From: Microgenomates group bacterium Gr01-1014_7
GTDB lineage: Bacteria; Patescibacteriota; Microgenomatia; Daviesbacterales; UBA10151
Direction: 5' to 3'
DNA length: 64,000 bases
Assembly: GCA_007376405.1 (NCBI GenBank)
Contig: VMGD01000004.1
Location: 8,960 to 72,959, forward strand
How positions within the stretch are numbered: the first letter of the stretch is position 1; each line of letters opens with the position of its first letter. This document shows positions 55,752-64,000 of the stretch, in pieces. The notes under the pieces were generated by a model. It saw only the letters and a program-made list of their open reading frames with translations. It was not told where the DNA came from and ran no database searches. A program made the translations under genes and the position numbers.

Positions 55752-56030
55752 ATGAACATGTTGCTTAATGAAGATTTTACCAGCGTACAAAAGGTTCAGG
55801 CCGGCGTAAGCAGGATACTTAAAAATGCCGAGAGAGCCGGTAAGTTTGTTAGAATTTTAAGAAATAATGAACCTGTTGGAATATTAATTCCGAATAATGT
55901 TTGGGAATCATATCTGGAAGCTTTAGAGGCGTTATCTTCTGAAAGATACCTTAAAAGAATAGCAAAATCACGGGCAGATAAAGTTCGTTATTCTTCAGTA
56001 CAAGTGAAAAAAATGCTGGGAATAGATTAA
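55752..56030 (+). CDS. Phd/YefM-type antitoxin
   Basis: 92 aa, directly followed by the RelE/ParE gene. Confidence 0.6.
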   Translation: MNMLLNEDFTSVQKVQAGVSRILKNAERAGKFVRILRNNEPVGILIPNNVWESYLEALEALSSERYLKRIAKSRADKVRYSSVQVKKMLGID

Positions 56031-56285
56031 ATGTTTGATTACCAGTTTACTAAAACTTCTTTTAGACGCTTTAAAAAATTGCCAAAAGATATTCAAATAA
56101 GAATAATTAACAAATTAGATTTTTTTTGCAGTCAAGAAGATCCGCTGGAGTTTGCAGAACCGCTTACACAGAGTAATTTGGGGCATTACAGATTTAGGAT
56201 AGGGGATTATAGAGTGGCTTTTGATATGGAGGATAAAATTCTGGTTATACATGATGTTGATAACAGAAAAAATATTTATCGATGA
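56031..56285 (+). CDS. relE: RelE/ParE-family toxin
   Basis: ..FKKLPKDIQIRIINKLDFF..LGHYRFRIGDYRVAFDMEDKILVIHDVDNRKNIY. Confidence 0.75.
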   Translation: MFDYQFTKTSFRRFKKLPKDIQIRIINKLDFFCSQEDPLEFAEPLTQSNLGHYRFRIGDYRVAFDMEDKILVIHDVDNRKNIYR

Positions 56286-56752
56286 AAAGAGAATTTAGTG
56301 CAGGTGGAATTGTTTTTAATACTGCGGGCCAGGTGCTTTTGACAAAGCACTCACAGAATAAACACTGGAGTTTTCCTAAGGGATTGCTTGACCTGGGGCA
56401 GACGAGTGAACAGGCTGCAGTTCGGGAAGTAAGAGAAGAAGGCGGGATAGAAGCAGAAATAGTTAATAAGGTGGGTTATTCAAAATATGTCTATACCCTA
56501 AATGGGGAAAAAATATTTAAAGTAGTAACTTACTATTTAATGAAATATTTACGAGGTGATCCCAAAGATCATGACTGGGAAGTGGAGGAGGCAGGATGGT
56601 ATGACGTAGAAGCTGCTTTAACAAAGCTCACCTTTTCTCAAGACAAAATCTTATTAAAGAAAGCTAAAGAAATTTGCCTGACATCTCCTGGCGTTAATTC
56701 TACTGCTTGTCCCCATACTCTAACAGGGATAGCATCGTCCGACAAAAGATAA
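56282..56752 (+). CDS. NUDIX hydrolase
   Basis: Nudix box GLLDLGQTSEQAAVREVREEGGIEA. The 3' end overlaps the convergent GH65 gene. Confidence 0.8.
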   Translation: MKREFSAGGIVFNTAGQVLLTKHSQNKHWSFPKGLLDLGQTSEQAAVREVREEGGIEAEIVNKVGYSKYVYTLNGEKIFKVVTYYLMKYLRGDPKDHDWEVEEAGWYDVEAALTKLTFSQDKILLKKAKEICLTSPGVNSTACPHTLTGIASSDKR

Positions 56753-58938
56753 AGATACTTTCTATCCATAGCAACTTTCACAATGTGGCCCTTAAAACGA
56801 ATTTGAGAAGAGATACTTTCCCATTTCCAAGGCAGGTTTGCTGGATTGAATTCGAGCACGTCTTCATGAAGTCGGACTCCCGGAAGTCCGAGTCTGAGCG
56901 CTTGATCTAGTCCTCCAATAGCGGCAATGTGTGAACCAACACTATTGTTTTTTTTCTTATCCCGCAGGTCAACATAAAGAGTGTTCTCAAGATGTCCCTC
57001 TACCCCTTCCATGTCGCCCACCCGCATTGCCATGATTGCGTGAATAGGATCACTTAGAGACGACCCGTGTGAAGTACGCCTAGAGTAGTAGTAATAATTT
57101 TCCCTCTCAGCTGCTGGATCCTCTTCTCCCAAAAGGTATGAAGCAAGAAGCACATCTGCCTGTTTATCTGTATCCTGCTGCCAAGGTTCCTTTCCTTCTT
57201 CTTTGTGAACTACATCCATAGTAGGTTTGCCTTTATATTGAGGAAGGTTCAAGTCAGTATGTGCAAGGCCAAAATACCCCTCAAACTGTTCATAGAGCTT
57301 CGTTCTTTTATCAAATGGGAGGTACAGCTTATCGGCAACATCTCTCCACTCCTCGATAGTCTCAGATGTCAAGCCCAGCCACGGTGCAACTGCTGGGTCG
57401 TCTTTTGCAAAAAGTTCCCATACCCTGATTGCTTTTTGGATATTCCACTTAGCCATTCGATTCGTATACGCATTGTTATTCACTCCCACTTCTCCGTCTG
57501 GGTCCTTCTCATGATACTCATCAGGACCGATGACCCGATTCAGTACGTAGTATTGGGGATTTTCTCCGCTGTCCTGCTTTGCCTTTGAGACCCAAAACCG
57601 GGCGGTTTCAACAATCATTTCTAAACCAGCCTGACGCATAAACTCCACATCATTATTTGCTAAAAAATGCTGCCATGTACCATAAGCAACAGCCGCACTA
57701 ATATGGTATTCCTTCTCACCAGTGTAAATTGGTATGAGCTTACCATCTTGTCCTCGTACCCATCTCGGAGTAGCTTCGTGTCCTGTATCCGCACTCTCCC
57801 ACGGAATAAGTGCTCCTTCGTATCCAAGCTCTCTTGCTTTCTCTCTTGCGGCATCGAGACGATTGTACCGATACATAAGAAGTGCTCGTGCGGCATCTGG
57901 GTTAGTATGAATATAAAAAGGCAACATGAATATCTCAGTATCCCAAAACACATGGCCGAAGTAGCCATCTTTGGGTAAATTATCAAGTCCCTTCGCGGCG
58001 ATACTTGTGATACCTTCTGTCTCCTCTTGAGGAGTAAGTTGTATAAGCTTAAAAATACTGTGCCGCACTGCTTGTTGCGCATGTTCGTCCCCCTCTATTA
58101 CTATATCGGCATGTTCCCATCGCTCAGTGAACCAAGAAACATTTGTCTCTAGAAGTTTTGCAAATGAAAGTTTCCTTGTACTTACAATTGCTTCTTGACT
58201 TTTTGCCAATGGGTTATTGCTCTCATGGGAAGAATGAATTGCTACTACGCCACTATATCTGCGCCTCGTTGGGCTTGCAGGAGATTGCAAAACCTCGTTA
58301 TAACTGCTTACAATAGCGATTTGGTGATTCCTGTCGCCATTTGTTCTCGCTAAATGATAGATAGTTGAGTGGTTAAGTACACCCTTTGATTCTTCCTCAA
58401 GGTATCTTGTTTCTTTATTCGTCACGTCTGACTGAATTCCTAATACAAGCGTAACTTCTTGTGGCCTTTCGGCTATTATCTCTGCCTCAAAAGCAGCAAG
58501 ATGAGGCTGTGTATGACTTGGGAGTTCTCGTATTCTAAGCCCTACCTCTTGACCATCACTATTAAGGGTTACATTATATGTAAGTGTTCCATCTCGCATA
58601 TTGAGTTCTCGAATAGTAGGGTACTTGGTCGTATCAACAGTAACTTCCTCATCTCCAGTACGGAGGGTAAAATCTTGGAAGTTTGGAATATTAACAAAAT
58701 CTGGAATGGTGCTTGGGTTTTCGATTCCTTCATCTGGAAGAGACGGTTCCTGTTCGTAAAGGCCATTAATGTATGTTGCGGCATGTTTCCCAAAGGAAGC
58801 TCTCCAACCCATGTAACCGTTGGCAAGTGAACAAATAACTTCACCGTGGCCTGGGTTCTCGGGATCGTGACCTATGCGAATAATCCACTCGGATGCGGAA
58901 TTTTCTTCAACCCCTATAAGTTTTTCGGCAAGTGCCAT
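56638..58938 (-). CDS. glycoside hydrolase family 65 disaccharide phosphorylase (kojibiose/trehalose/maltose phosphorylase-like)
   Basis: GYFGHVFWDTEIFMLPFY matches the GH65 signature. 766 aa with an N-terminal beta-sandwich and an (alpha/alpha)6 core. GC is about 45%. Confidence 0.85.
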   Translation of the reverse strand: MALAEKLIGVEENSASEWIIRIGHDPENPGHGEVICSLANGYMGWRASFGKHAATYINGLYEQEPSLPDEGIENPSTIPDFVNIPNFQDFTLRTGDEEVTVDTTKYPTIRELNMRDGTLTYNVTLNSDGQEVGLRIRELPSHTQPHLAAFEAEIIAERPQEVTLVLGIQSDVTNKETRYLEEESKGVLNHSTIYHLARTNGDRNHQIAIVSSYNEVLQSPASPTRRRYSGVVAIHSSHESNNPLAKSQEAIVSTRKLSFAKLLETNVSWFTERWEHADIVIEGDEHAQQAVRHSIFKLIQLTPQEETEGITSIAAKGLDNLPKDGYFGHVFWDTEIFMLPFYIHTNPDAARALLMYRYNRLDAAREKARELGYEGALIPWESADTGHEATPRWVRGQDGKLIPIYTGEKEYHISAAVAYGTWQHFLANNDVEFMRQAGLEMIVETARFWVSKAKQDSGENPQYYVLNRVIGPDEYHEKDPDGEVGVNNNAYTNRMAKWNIQKAIRVWELFAKDDPAVAPWLGLTSETIEEWRDVADKLYLPFDKRTKLYEQFEGYFGLAHTDLNLPQYKGKPTMDVVHKEEGKEPWQQDTDKQADVLLASYLLGEEDPAAERENYYYYSRRTSHGSSLSDPIHAIMAMRVGDMEGVEGHLENTLYVDLRDKKKNNSVGSHIAAIGGLDQALRLGLPGVRLHEDVLEFNPANLPWKWESISSQIRFKGHIVKVAMDRKYLYLLSDDAIPVRVWGQAVELTPGDVRQISLAFFNKILS

Positions 58939-58994
58939 ATAAAATTACCTACGCCAATATAATCAGCATACATATATTTCTTGAAAAAAGTCAA

Positions 58995-60746
58995 CTATTG
59001 GTTGACAATAAATCCCTTAACCTGATGGTCCCACATTTTTTTGAAAATACCTTCTTGTTTTGTAAGCAGCTCATCAGGTGAGCCGTCTTCCGCAATTTCT
59101 CCGTTTTCAATAATTACTAATCTATCCATCTTTTTTAAAGTAGATAACCTGTGGGCTATTGCTATAACTGTTCTTCCTTTCATCAATTTCTCCAGGGAAA
59201 TTTGGATGGCATGTTCGCTCTCACTGTCCAGGCTGCTGGTAGCCTCATCCAGTATAAGGATTGGAACATTTTTTAAAAAGGCCCTGGCAATGGCAACTCT
59301 TTGCCGCTGTCCCCCCGATAGCTTCACTCCTCTTTCTCCCACCAGGGTGTCATACCCCTGTGGAAGTTTTTCTATAAACTCATGAGCCTGGGCCAATTTT
59401 GCAGCAGTCCTTACTTTTGCGTCAGTTGCTTGCGGGTTAGAGTAGCGGATATTTTCCCGGATGGTCCGGTGAAACAAACTGGTATCCTGGGGCACAAAGG
59501 CTATCACGCTTCGTAAACTCTCCAGGGTTACATTCTGAATATTTTGGTCATCAATTCTAATTTCACCCGATTGCACATCAAAATGGCGCAAAAGCAAAGA
59601 TACAAACGTAGATTTACCCGCACCGCTTCTTCCCACCAGCCCTATCTTTTGCCCCGCAGGTATTTCCAGGGAAAAATTCTTAAAAACTTTAGTATTTTCA
59701 TAGTCAAAATCAATTGATTCAATGGAAATTGCGCCTCTTAAAAATTTAAGGTTGCTGGCATTTGGAGCATCCACAATTAAGTGTTCTTTCAGGATTTCAT
59801 CCAGCCCTTCACTGGCCTCACCATAAAGCCTTGCAGCTTCTTTTATCTCCTGGCCGATAAACAGGAATTGATGTGATAAATCTGTAACCATTGCCAAAAC
59901 CATAATCACAACACCAATAGTAACCAGATTGTTTTGTAAAAGGAGCACCGATCCGCCAATCATTAGCAGGGTAAAGATAAATATCAGGACGCCGTTTATA
60001 ACCAGTATCCATTCGCTAAACCACCAGTGTGAAAGTCCCGCGTCATATTGTTTTTTCACAAACCCTCCAATATATTCCCGCTCTCCGGCAATGTAGGCAT
60101 ATTCCTGTACTAAAGATATATTGGAAAGCGAATCAACAATCCTGCCTTTAAGAGTGGAGAGGGATTTGGCAAAGCGGTATGAATAAACTTGCAATTTCTT
60201 TGCCAAAAATATATTGGATCCCACAAACACCATTGACCACACCAAAAGGATTGCTCCCAGCCTTAAATCGGCAACTGCGGCATAGATCGTATACCAGATT
60301 AACCCAAGAAACATCGGTATAAACTGCCAAAGCGACTTTTCAAACAAATGTTCGGTGCCGTCAACAGCATGTGATATTTTATTGGCAAGTGCTCCTGCAA
60401 ATCTACTGTTAAAGTAGTCCTTACTATGAAGGGATAAGTAGTTGTACAAAGCGCCGTAAGCGCTGGTGCGAAGCCCCATAAACCATCTCATGCCGGAAAA
60501 TCCGCTTATTCTCCATAGAATCCTGGCCACAAAATGCAAACTGGGATAGCCCAGGCCCCACAGCCAGATAATGTTCCAGTTAATAGTTGGCGCTGTCAGG
60601 GAGTCTGTTAAATTGCGAAGGAAAACAACCATCAGCCGGTCCAGACCTGTTGCTACAAATATGGCAATTAAGGAAATAGTAGCCCAGCCCGCATGAGGTT
60701 TGCTGGCAAAAATCCCAAATAAAAACGGTTTCTTCGGAATATCCAT
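58995..60746 (-). CDS. ABC exporter, fused permease-ATPase (MsbA/Type I exporter-like)
   Basis: Six N-terminal TM helices. Walker A GRSGAGKST, signature LSGGQRQR, Walker B ILILDEATSSLD. Confidence 0.85.
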   Translation of the reverse strand: MDIPKKPFLFGIFASKPHAGWATISLIAIFVATGLDRLMVVFLRNLTDSLTAPTINWNIIWLWGLGYPSLHFVARILWRISGFSGMRWFMGLRTSAYGALYNYLSLHSKDYFNSRFAGALANKISHAVDGTEHLFEKSLWQFIPMFLGLIWYTIYAAVADLRLGAILLVWSMVFVGSNIFLAKKLQVYSYRFAKSLSTLKGRIVDSLSNISLVQEYAYIAGEREYIGGFVKKQYDAGLSHWWFSEWILVINGVLIFIFTLLMIGGSVLLLQNNLVTIGVVIMVLAMVTDLSHQFLFIGQEIKEAARLYGEASEGLDEILKEHLIVDAPNASNLKFLRGAISIESIDFDYENTKVFKNFSLEIPAGQKIGLVGRSGAGKSTFVSLLLRHFDVQSGEIRIDDQNIQNVTLESLRSVIAFVPQDTSLFHRTIRENIRYSNPQATDAKVRTAAKLAQAHEFIEKLPQGYDTLVGERGVKLSGGQRQRVAIARAFLKNVPILILDEATSSLDSESEHAIQISLEKLMKGRTVIAIAHRLSTLKKMDRLVIIENGEIAEDGSPDELLTKQEGIFKKMWDHQVKGFIVNQ

Positions 60747-60816
60747 AGATTCTTAAAATTATATCAGAGAAACGATAAAAATAGTCTGGCAGGGAGAAAA
60801 TAAAGGATCTTTGTTT

Positions 60817-61164
60817 CTAGTTACTTCTTTTGATATAAATAAATACTATTAAGCAAAGAGCAATTAAGATTATTGAACCAACAGTAGATAGTAGCGAAAT
60901 CAGTTTGGATTTAGCAGTATAGAAACTAAATCCCGTTGTTGTTATTACTGCAATAATAAATGCATAATAAATAGGAGTAAAGTCTGGCAAGAAAAATGAA
61001 GTCTTGGGTGTATATATGCTGGAAATAAAAAATGAGAGCCCAATAAAGATTACCCAAAATACAGAACCAGTTATTAATGAATATTGCCAAAGCGGAAGTT
61101 TTTGCATAAGACCAGTATGAAGGAACTGTATTAAACTGTCAATTTCCTGGCAGGGAGAAAACAC
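60817..61164 (-). CDS. small membrane protein (4 TM)
   Basis: Hydrophobic throughout. Confidence 0.4.
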   Translation of the reverse strand: MFSPCQEIDSLIQFLHTGLMQKLPLWQYSLITGSVFWVIFIGLSFFISSIYTPKTSFFLPDFTPIYYAFIIAVITTTGFSFYTAKSKLISLLSTVGSIILIALCLIVFIYIKRSN

Positions 61165-61610
61165 TACACTATCACACTCACACCCCTGGGGTGTGATAGC
61201 TTCACACCGTACCCATCCCGGTATGTCGCCTCAACCCGAACAAATCTCAAAGAAATTTGAGCGGGTTAACCCATACCGGGCATGGGTTTAGTTTGTCTTG
61301 GAAAACGCGGACTTTGTCCGCCGAAGGCTTCGGCGAGGCGAGCATAGCCTTTCTCGGCCTTCGTAGCCACTCCGGCGAAGGAGGCGGCGACGTACGACAA
61401 GTCAAACCGGCACTCGAGACCTTAACAGCCAAATATAAGCAAAGCTTGCGAGCTAATCGCTCTTAAACAAAGTTTGTTACTTCGTAATAAAGAAAAGCTT
61501 AATAAATTTGGCCACTTGCAACCGTCTTGATAAGTGGTATAGTTAAATTAACTTAAGCTCTCTGTAAGTGAAAGCAGGCTTCATGCCTTGCGCGAGGAAA
61601 CTCGCCTAGC
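61165..61610. other. GC-rich intergenic region with multiple hairpins and a solo copy related to the 38-bp repeat family
   Basis: CTATCACAC..GTGTGATAG at 61169-61199. AACCCAT-ACCGGGC-ATGGGTT at 61259-61279. GCGGACTTTGTCCGCC at 61307-61322 and GAAGGC..GGCGAGGCGAG resemble the reverse complement of the repeat unit at 54632. Confidence 0.3.
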
Positions 61611-62393
61611 TTACAGGGGGCTTATTTTTGATACATCAAATTTATTCTTAGAGTGATAAAAGTTCTTAGGATATTTATCCGTATCGTAAATATCAACTAA
61701 ATAACGTATTTTCTCTCCGATAAATTTATAAAACCGCATATCTTTTTTAATAAATGCTCTTTGTACTGCCCAGTTGACATAATCAATAACCTGTAGACAT
61801 GGTTCGCCTGAGGGGGATTGTGGGTTCACCTTAATTGAGGACTCTACCTTTTTGCCCCATTTTTTCTCGAAACTTTGAATTGCTTTTTGAATTGCATTTT
61901 CCAATGGAATCTGGCGGGTTTTACTCCCCCTCACGGCAAAGAAAATTTCATTATGTTTTGATAAGTGAATCTTATTTTCAAATAATTTACTTATTAAGTC
62001 GTCATAAAATTCACTTTCGTTTTTATGATGCCTTTTGTTAAAGATATTTTTAATTTTCCTTGCAACAAAAATTTCAGCTGTAAAGTCCAATTTTACAATT
62101 GTTCTATAGACTCTTTCACGAACTTCTGCGCAGTCATCCTTTGCATGGAAAGCTACTGCGCTTTTTTGAAGAGAAGGAATACCCTCTAAATATTCATCAG
62201 AGATAATCTCTTTCCTTAAATTCTCAAGTTTCTGCCTAATTGTCCTGGGATCGTCTGTTTTAATAAACCCAAGAATAAGAATTTTAGAGACACCTTCTTG
62301 ACCGACGATATAATTGCCATATCTATCGTAAAAAGTTGGATCTCCGGATTCATCAACGAAAAAATATGTAGTTTTCTCTTGTAATTTTTTCAT
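61611..62393 (-). CDS. DUF3800-family protein
   Basis: N-terminal ..TYFFVDESGDP.. is the hallmark of this family. Confidence 0.55.
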   Translation of the reverse strand: MKKLQEKTTYFFVDESGDPTFYDRYGNYIVGQEGVSKILILGFIKTDDPRTIRQKLENLRKEIISDEYLEGIPSLQKSAVAFHAKDDCAEVRERVYRTIVKLDFTAEIFVARKIKNIFNKRHHKNESEFYDDLISKLFENKIHLSKHNEIFFAVRGSKTRQIPLENAIQKAIQSFEKKWGKKVESSIKVNPQSPSGEPCLQVIDYVNWAVQRAFIKKDMRFYKFIGEKIRYLVDIYDTDKYPKNFYHSKNKFDVSKISPL

Positions 62394-62645
62394 CTTGCTA
62401 AAATAACCCGTTCTTCAGCATCCGGACTATGAATGTACTCATATATTACCTTAAAAGCTAGTAAATCAATATGTTTCATATAATCTACAGCGGTACAATT
62501 TTAAATCCCCGAATTATTGTCCCTTGCCCAGGATGCCCTCTGAAACCGATCATGCCATATTGTTCTCTAAACAGAATTTCCTGTACAACTTCTGTCACTG
62601 CCTTGCCTGTCCGACTCCTAATTAGCCAAAATTTAGTGCCAAGAT

Positions 62646-62966
62646 TTAGTGCGGGATTTCCAGCCAAATGACAGGTTCACTGCCTGTATTCCGCAAATCG
62701 TGTCCGGCGGGGATTACTCCGACTTCGCCGGGGCCAAATTCAATTTCATCACCTCCGGGCATACGGACATGAAATTTACCTGAAACTACGTATAGCATAT
62801 GGTCATATGGACAATCTTCCCCATGATACCCCGGCTGTGCCGTATTCCTCTGCAATTTAAGACCCTCTCCCACATCAAGAATTTCAAGCTTCATCGTTTC
62901 TTTTGGATTATAGACTTCATCCGGAGACGTAAAATTCTTCTTAATAATAGTTTTCATTATTTTCAC
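62646..62966 (-). CDS. cupin-domain protein
   Basis: Two-motif cupin pattern (G..H.H...E..YV..G and P.G..H.. N). Confidence 0.6.
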   Translation of the reverse strand: MKIMKTIIKKNFTSPDEVYNPKETMKLEILDVGEGLKLQRNTAQPGYHGEDCPYDHMLYVVSGKFHVRMPGGDEIEFGPGEVGVIPAGHDLRNTGSEPVIWLEIPH

Positions 62967-63209
62967 CTCCCTTACTTATGACATACTGCTAAAACCAAAG
63001 TACCGTTCTGATCTGCGGTGTCTGGTTGACTATGTTGGAAATTATTTCAAAGAGCAGTTAGAACAACTTTCTGCTCCTTACCCTCAAGCCAAACCGGCAC
63101 TTGTTTACTCTAAATTATAGCAAAAAAAGGATATAAGTGTGAGTGAGCTTTACGCTTGCTATAAGGGGTTTACAGGGTGCCACAGGGGCTAAAAGGAGGC
63201 TGTTAGGTT

Positions 63210-63731
63210 ATGAGTGATAAACCAGTGAGAGAAAATATAAGACAGCATCAGGCATTATTGGCATACAGCAGCATGCCCGATCCTTCACTTCAAAAATTGC
63301 ACCAAACATGGGCCGAATATGTACCAAAATTCAAAAAACCCGCCTTTAGGACATTAAAAAGCTGGTCTGCAAAATACCAATGGGTAGAAAGATCCCAGGC
63401 AATCCATCAGGCGGCAAAAGATGAGGCAATAAAGAAGATTATTGCTAATCTAACAATGGGGAAAGAGGAAATTTTGGCAATTACCCGGGCTGTGATGATC
63501 CGGTACGGAGCTCAGTTAAAGGATAATCTACAAGGGAGGCTTACCATCTTAGACTTCGAAAGGGCATGGAGGATTCAAAGGATAGAGCTGGGTTTACCAA
63601 CAGAGATTGGCAGTCATGAAGTTGCTATAAAAGATTGCTATGAAGGAATAAGCGATGAGGAACTTATTTTGCAGCTTGAGGAATTAACAGCTAAATATAA
63701 AGAAAGGCTTAGCAGGCAACAAGTAGTATAA
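63210..63731 (+). CDS. hypothetical protein
   Basis: 173-aa ORF with an RBS AAGGAGG 6 nt upstream. Confidence 0.4.
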   Translation: MSDKPVRENIRQHQALLAYSSMPDPSLQKLHQTWAEYVPKFKKPAFRTLKSWSAKYQWVERSQAIHQAAKDEAIKKIIANLTMGKEEILAITRAVMIRYGAQLKDNLQGRLTILDFERAWRIQRIELGLPTEIGSHEVAIKDCYEGISDEELILQLEELTAKYKERLSRQQVV

Positions 63732-64000
63732 ATCACTATTTTAAATTTTAGCTTGGTTATCTCCCAATATAATCTGGCAAGTATAATTGGAAAAAAGAAA
63801 AAAGGCAGCATCTCGTTCTTCCAGGGAAGATTTACTGGAAATCATGTAACTAAAATTTCTTCTCATATTCTCTTGGGATTTTTGATATGCCTCCTGGGTA
63901 CTATTTCCCTTGATTAAGGTAATAGGTACCAGATTTGATGGCTCTAAAAAGAGTTTGGCGATTGGATCAGTTAATGGTTTAGTCCCTCGTTCTTTTGAGC

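Overview
AT-rich (~35-38% GC) bacterial chromosome segment with Candidate Phyla Radiation (Patescibacteria)-like gene content, beginning at the replication origin. The window opens with the dnaA 3' end, a DnaA-box cluster and dnaN. Beside the origin lies a Gram-positive-type type IV secretion (T4SS) locus: a CHAP peptidase, a VirB4-like ATPase and a PrgI/VirB3-like protein. At 25.4-33.4 kb a second T4SS-related locus carries a VirB6-like polytopic membrane protein and six tandem VirB2/TrbC-like pilin-module paralogs. Several of these pilin paralogs have large N-terminal ectodomains. A Fic/Doc protein and a 1581-aa ORF of unknown function sit next to this locus. At 10.7-20.5 kb is an unusual metabolic cluster: three paralogous proteins ending in a PEP-utilizer phosphohistidine swivel domain, plus one standalone PpsA/PPDK-N ATP-grasp protein. 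The same cluster carries PTA-like, amidohydrolase, PNPOx-like and SDR genes, and is interrupted by a GIY-YIG cassette. RNA genes are tmRNA (ssrA) near smpB, two adjacent tRNA-Ser genes, and a tRNA-Arg/tRNA-Ser/tRNA-Arg cluster. A large serine recombinase sits against tRNA-Ser(TGA) and is read in-frame from an upstream transglutaminase-like gene. Five type II toxin-antitoxin pairs are present: VapBC x2, HicAB, BrnTA and Phd-RelE. The window also holds several short dispersed or tandem repeat families and GC-rich, horizontally acquired-looking genes (GH65, a GH-like gene, SRPBCC). No CRISPR array or rRNA was found.
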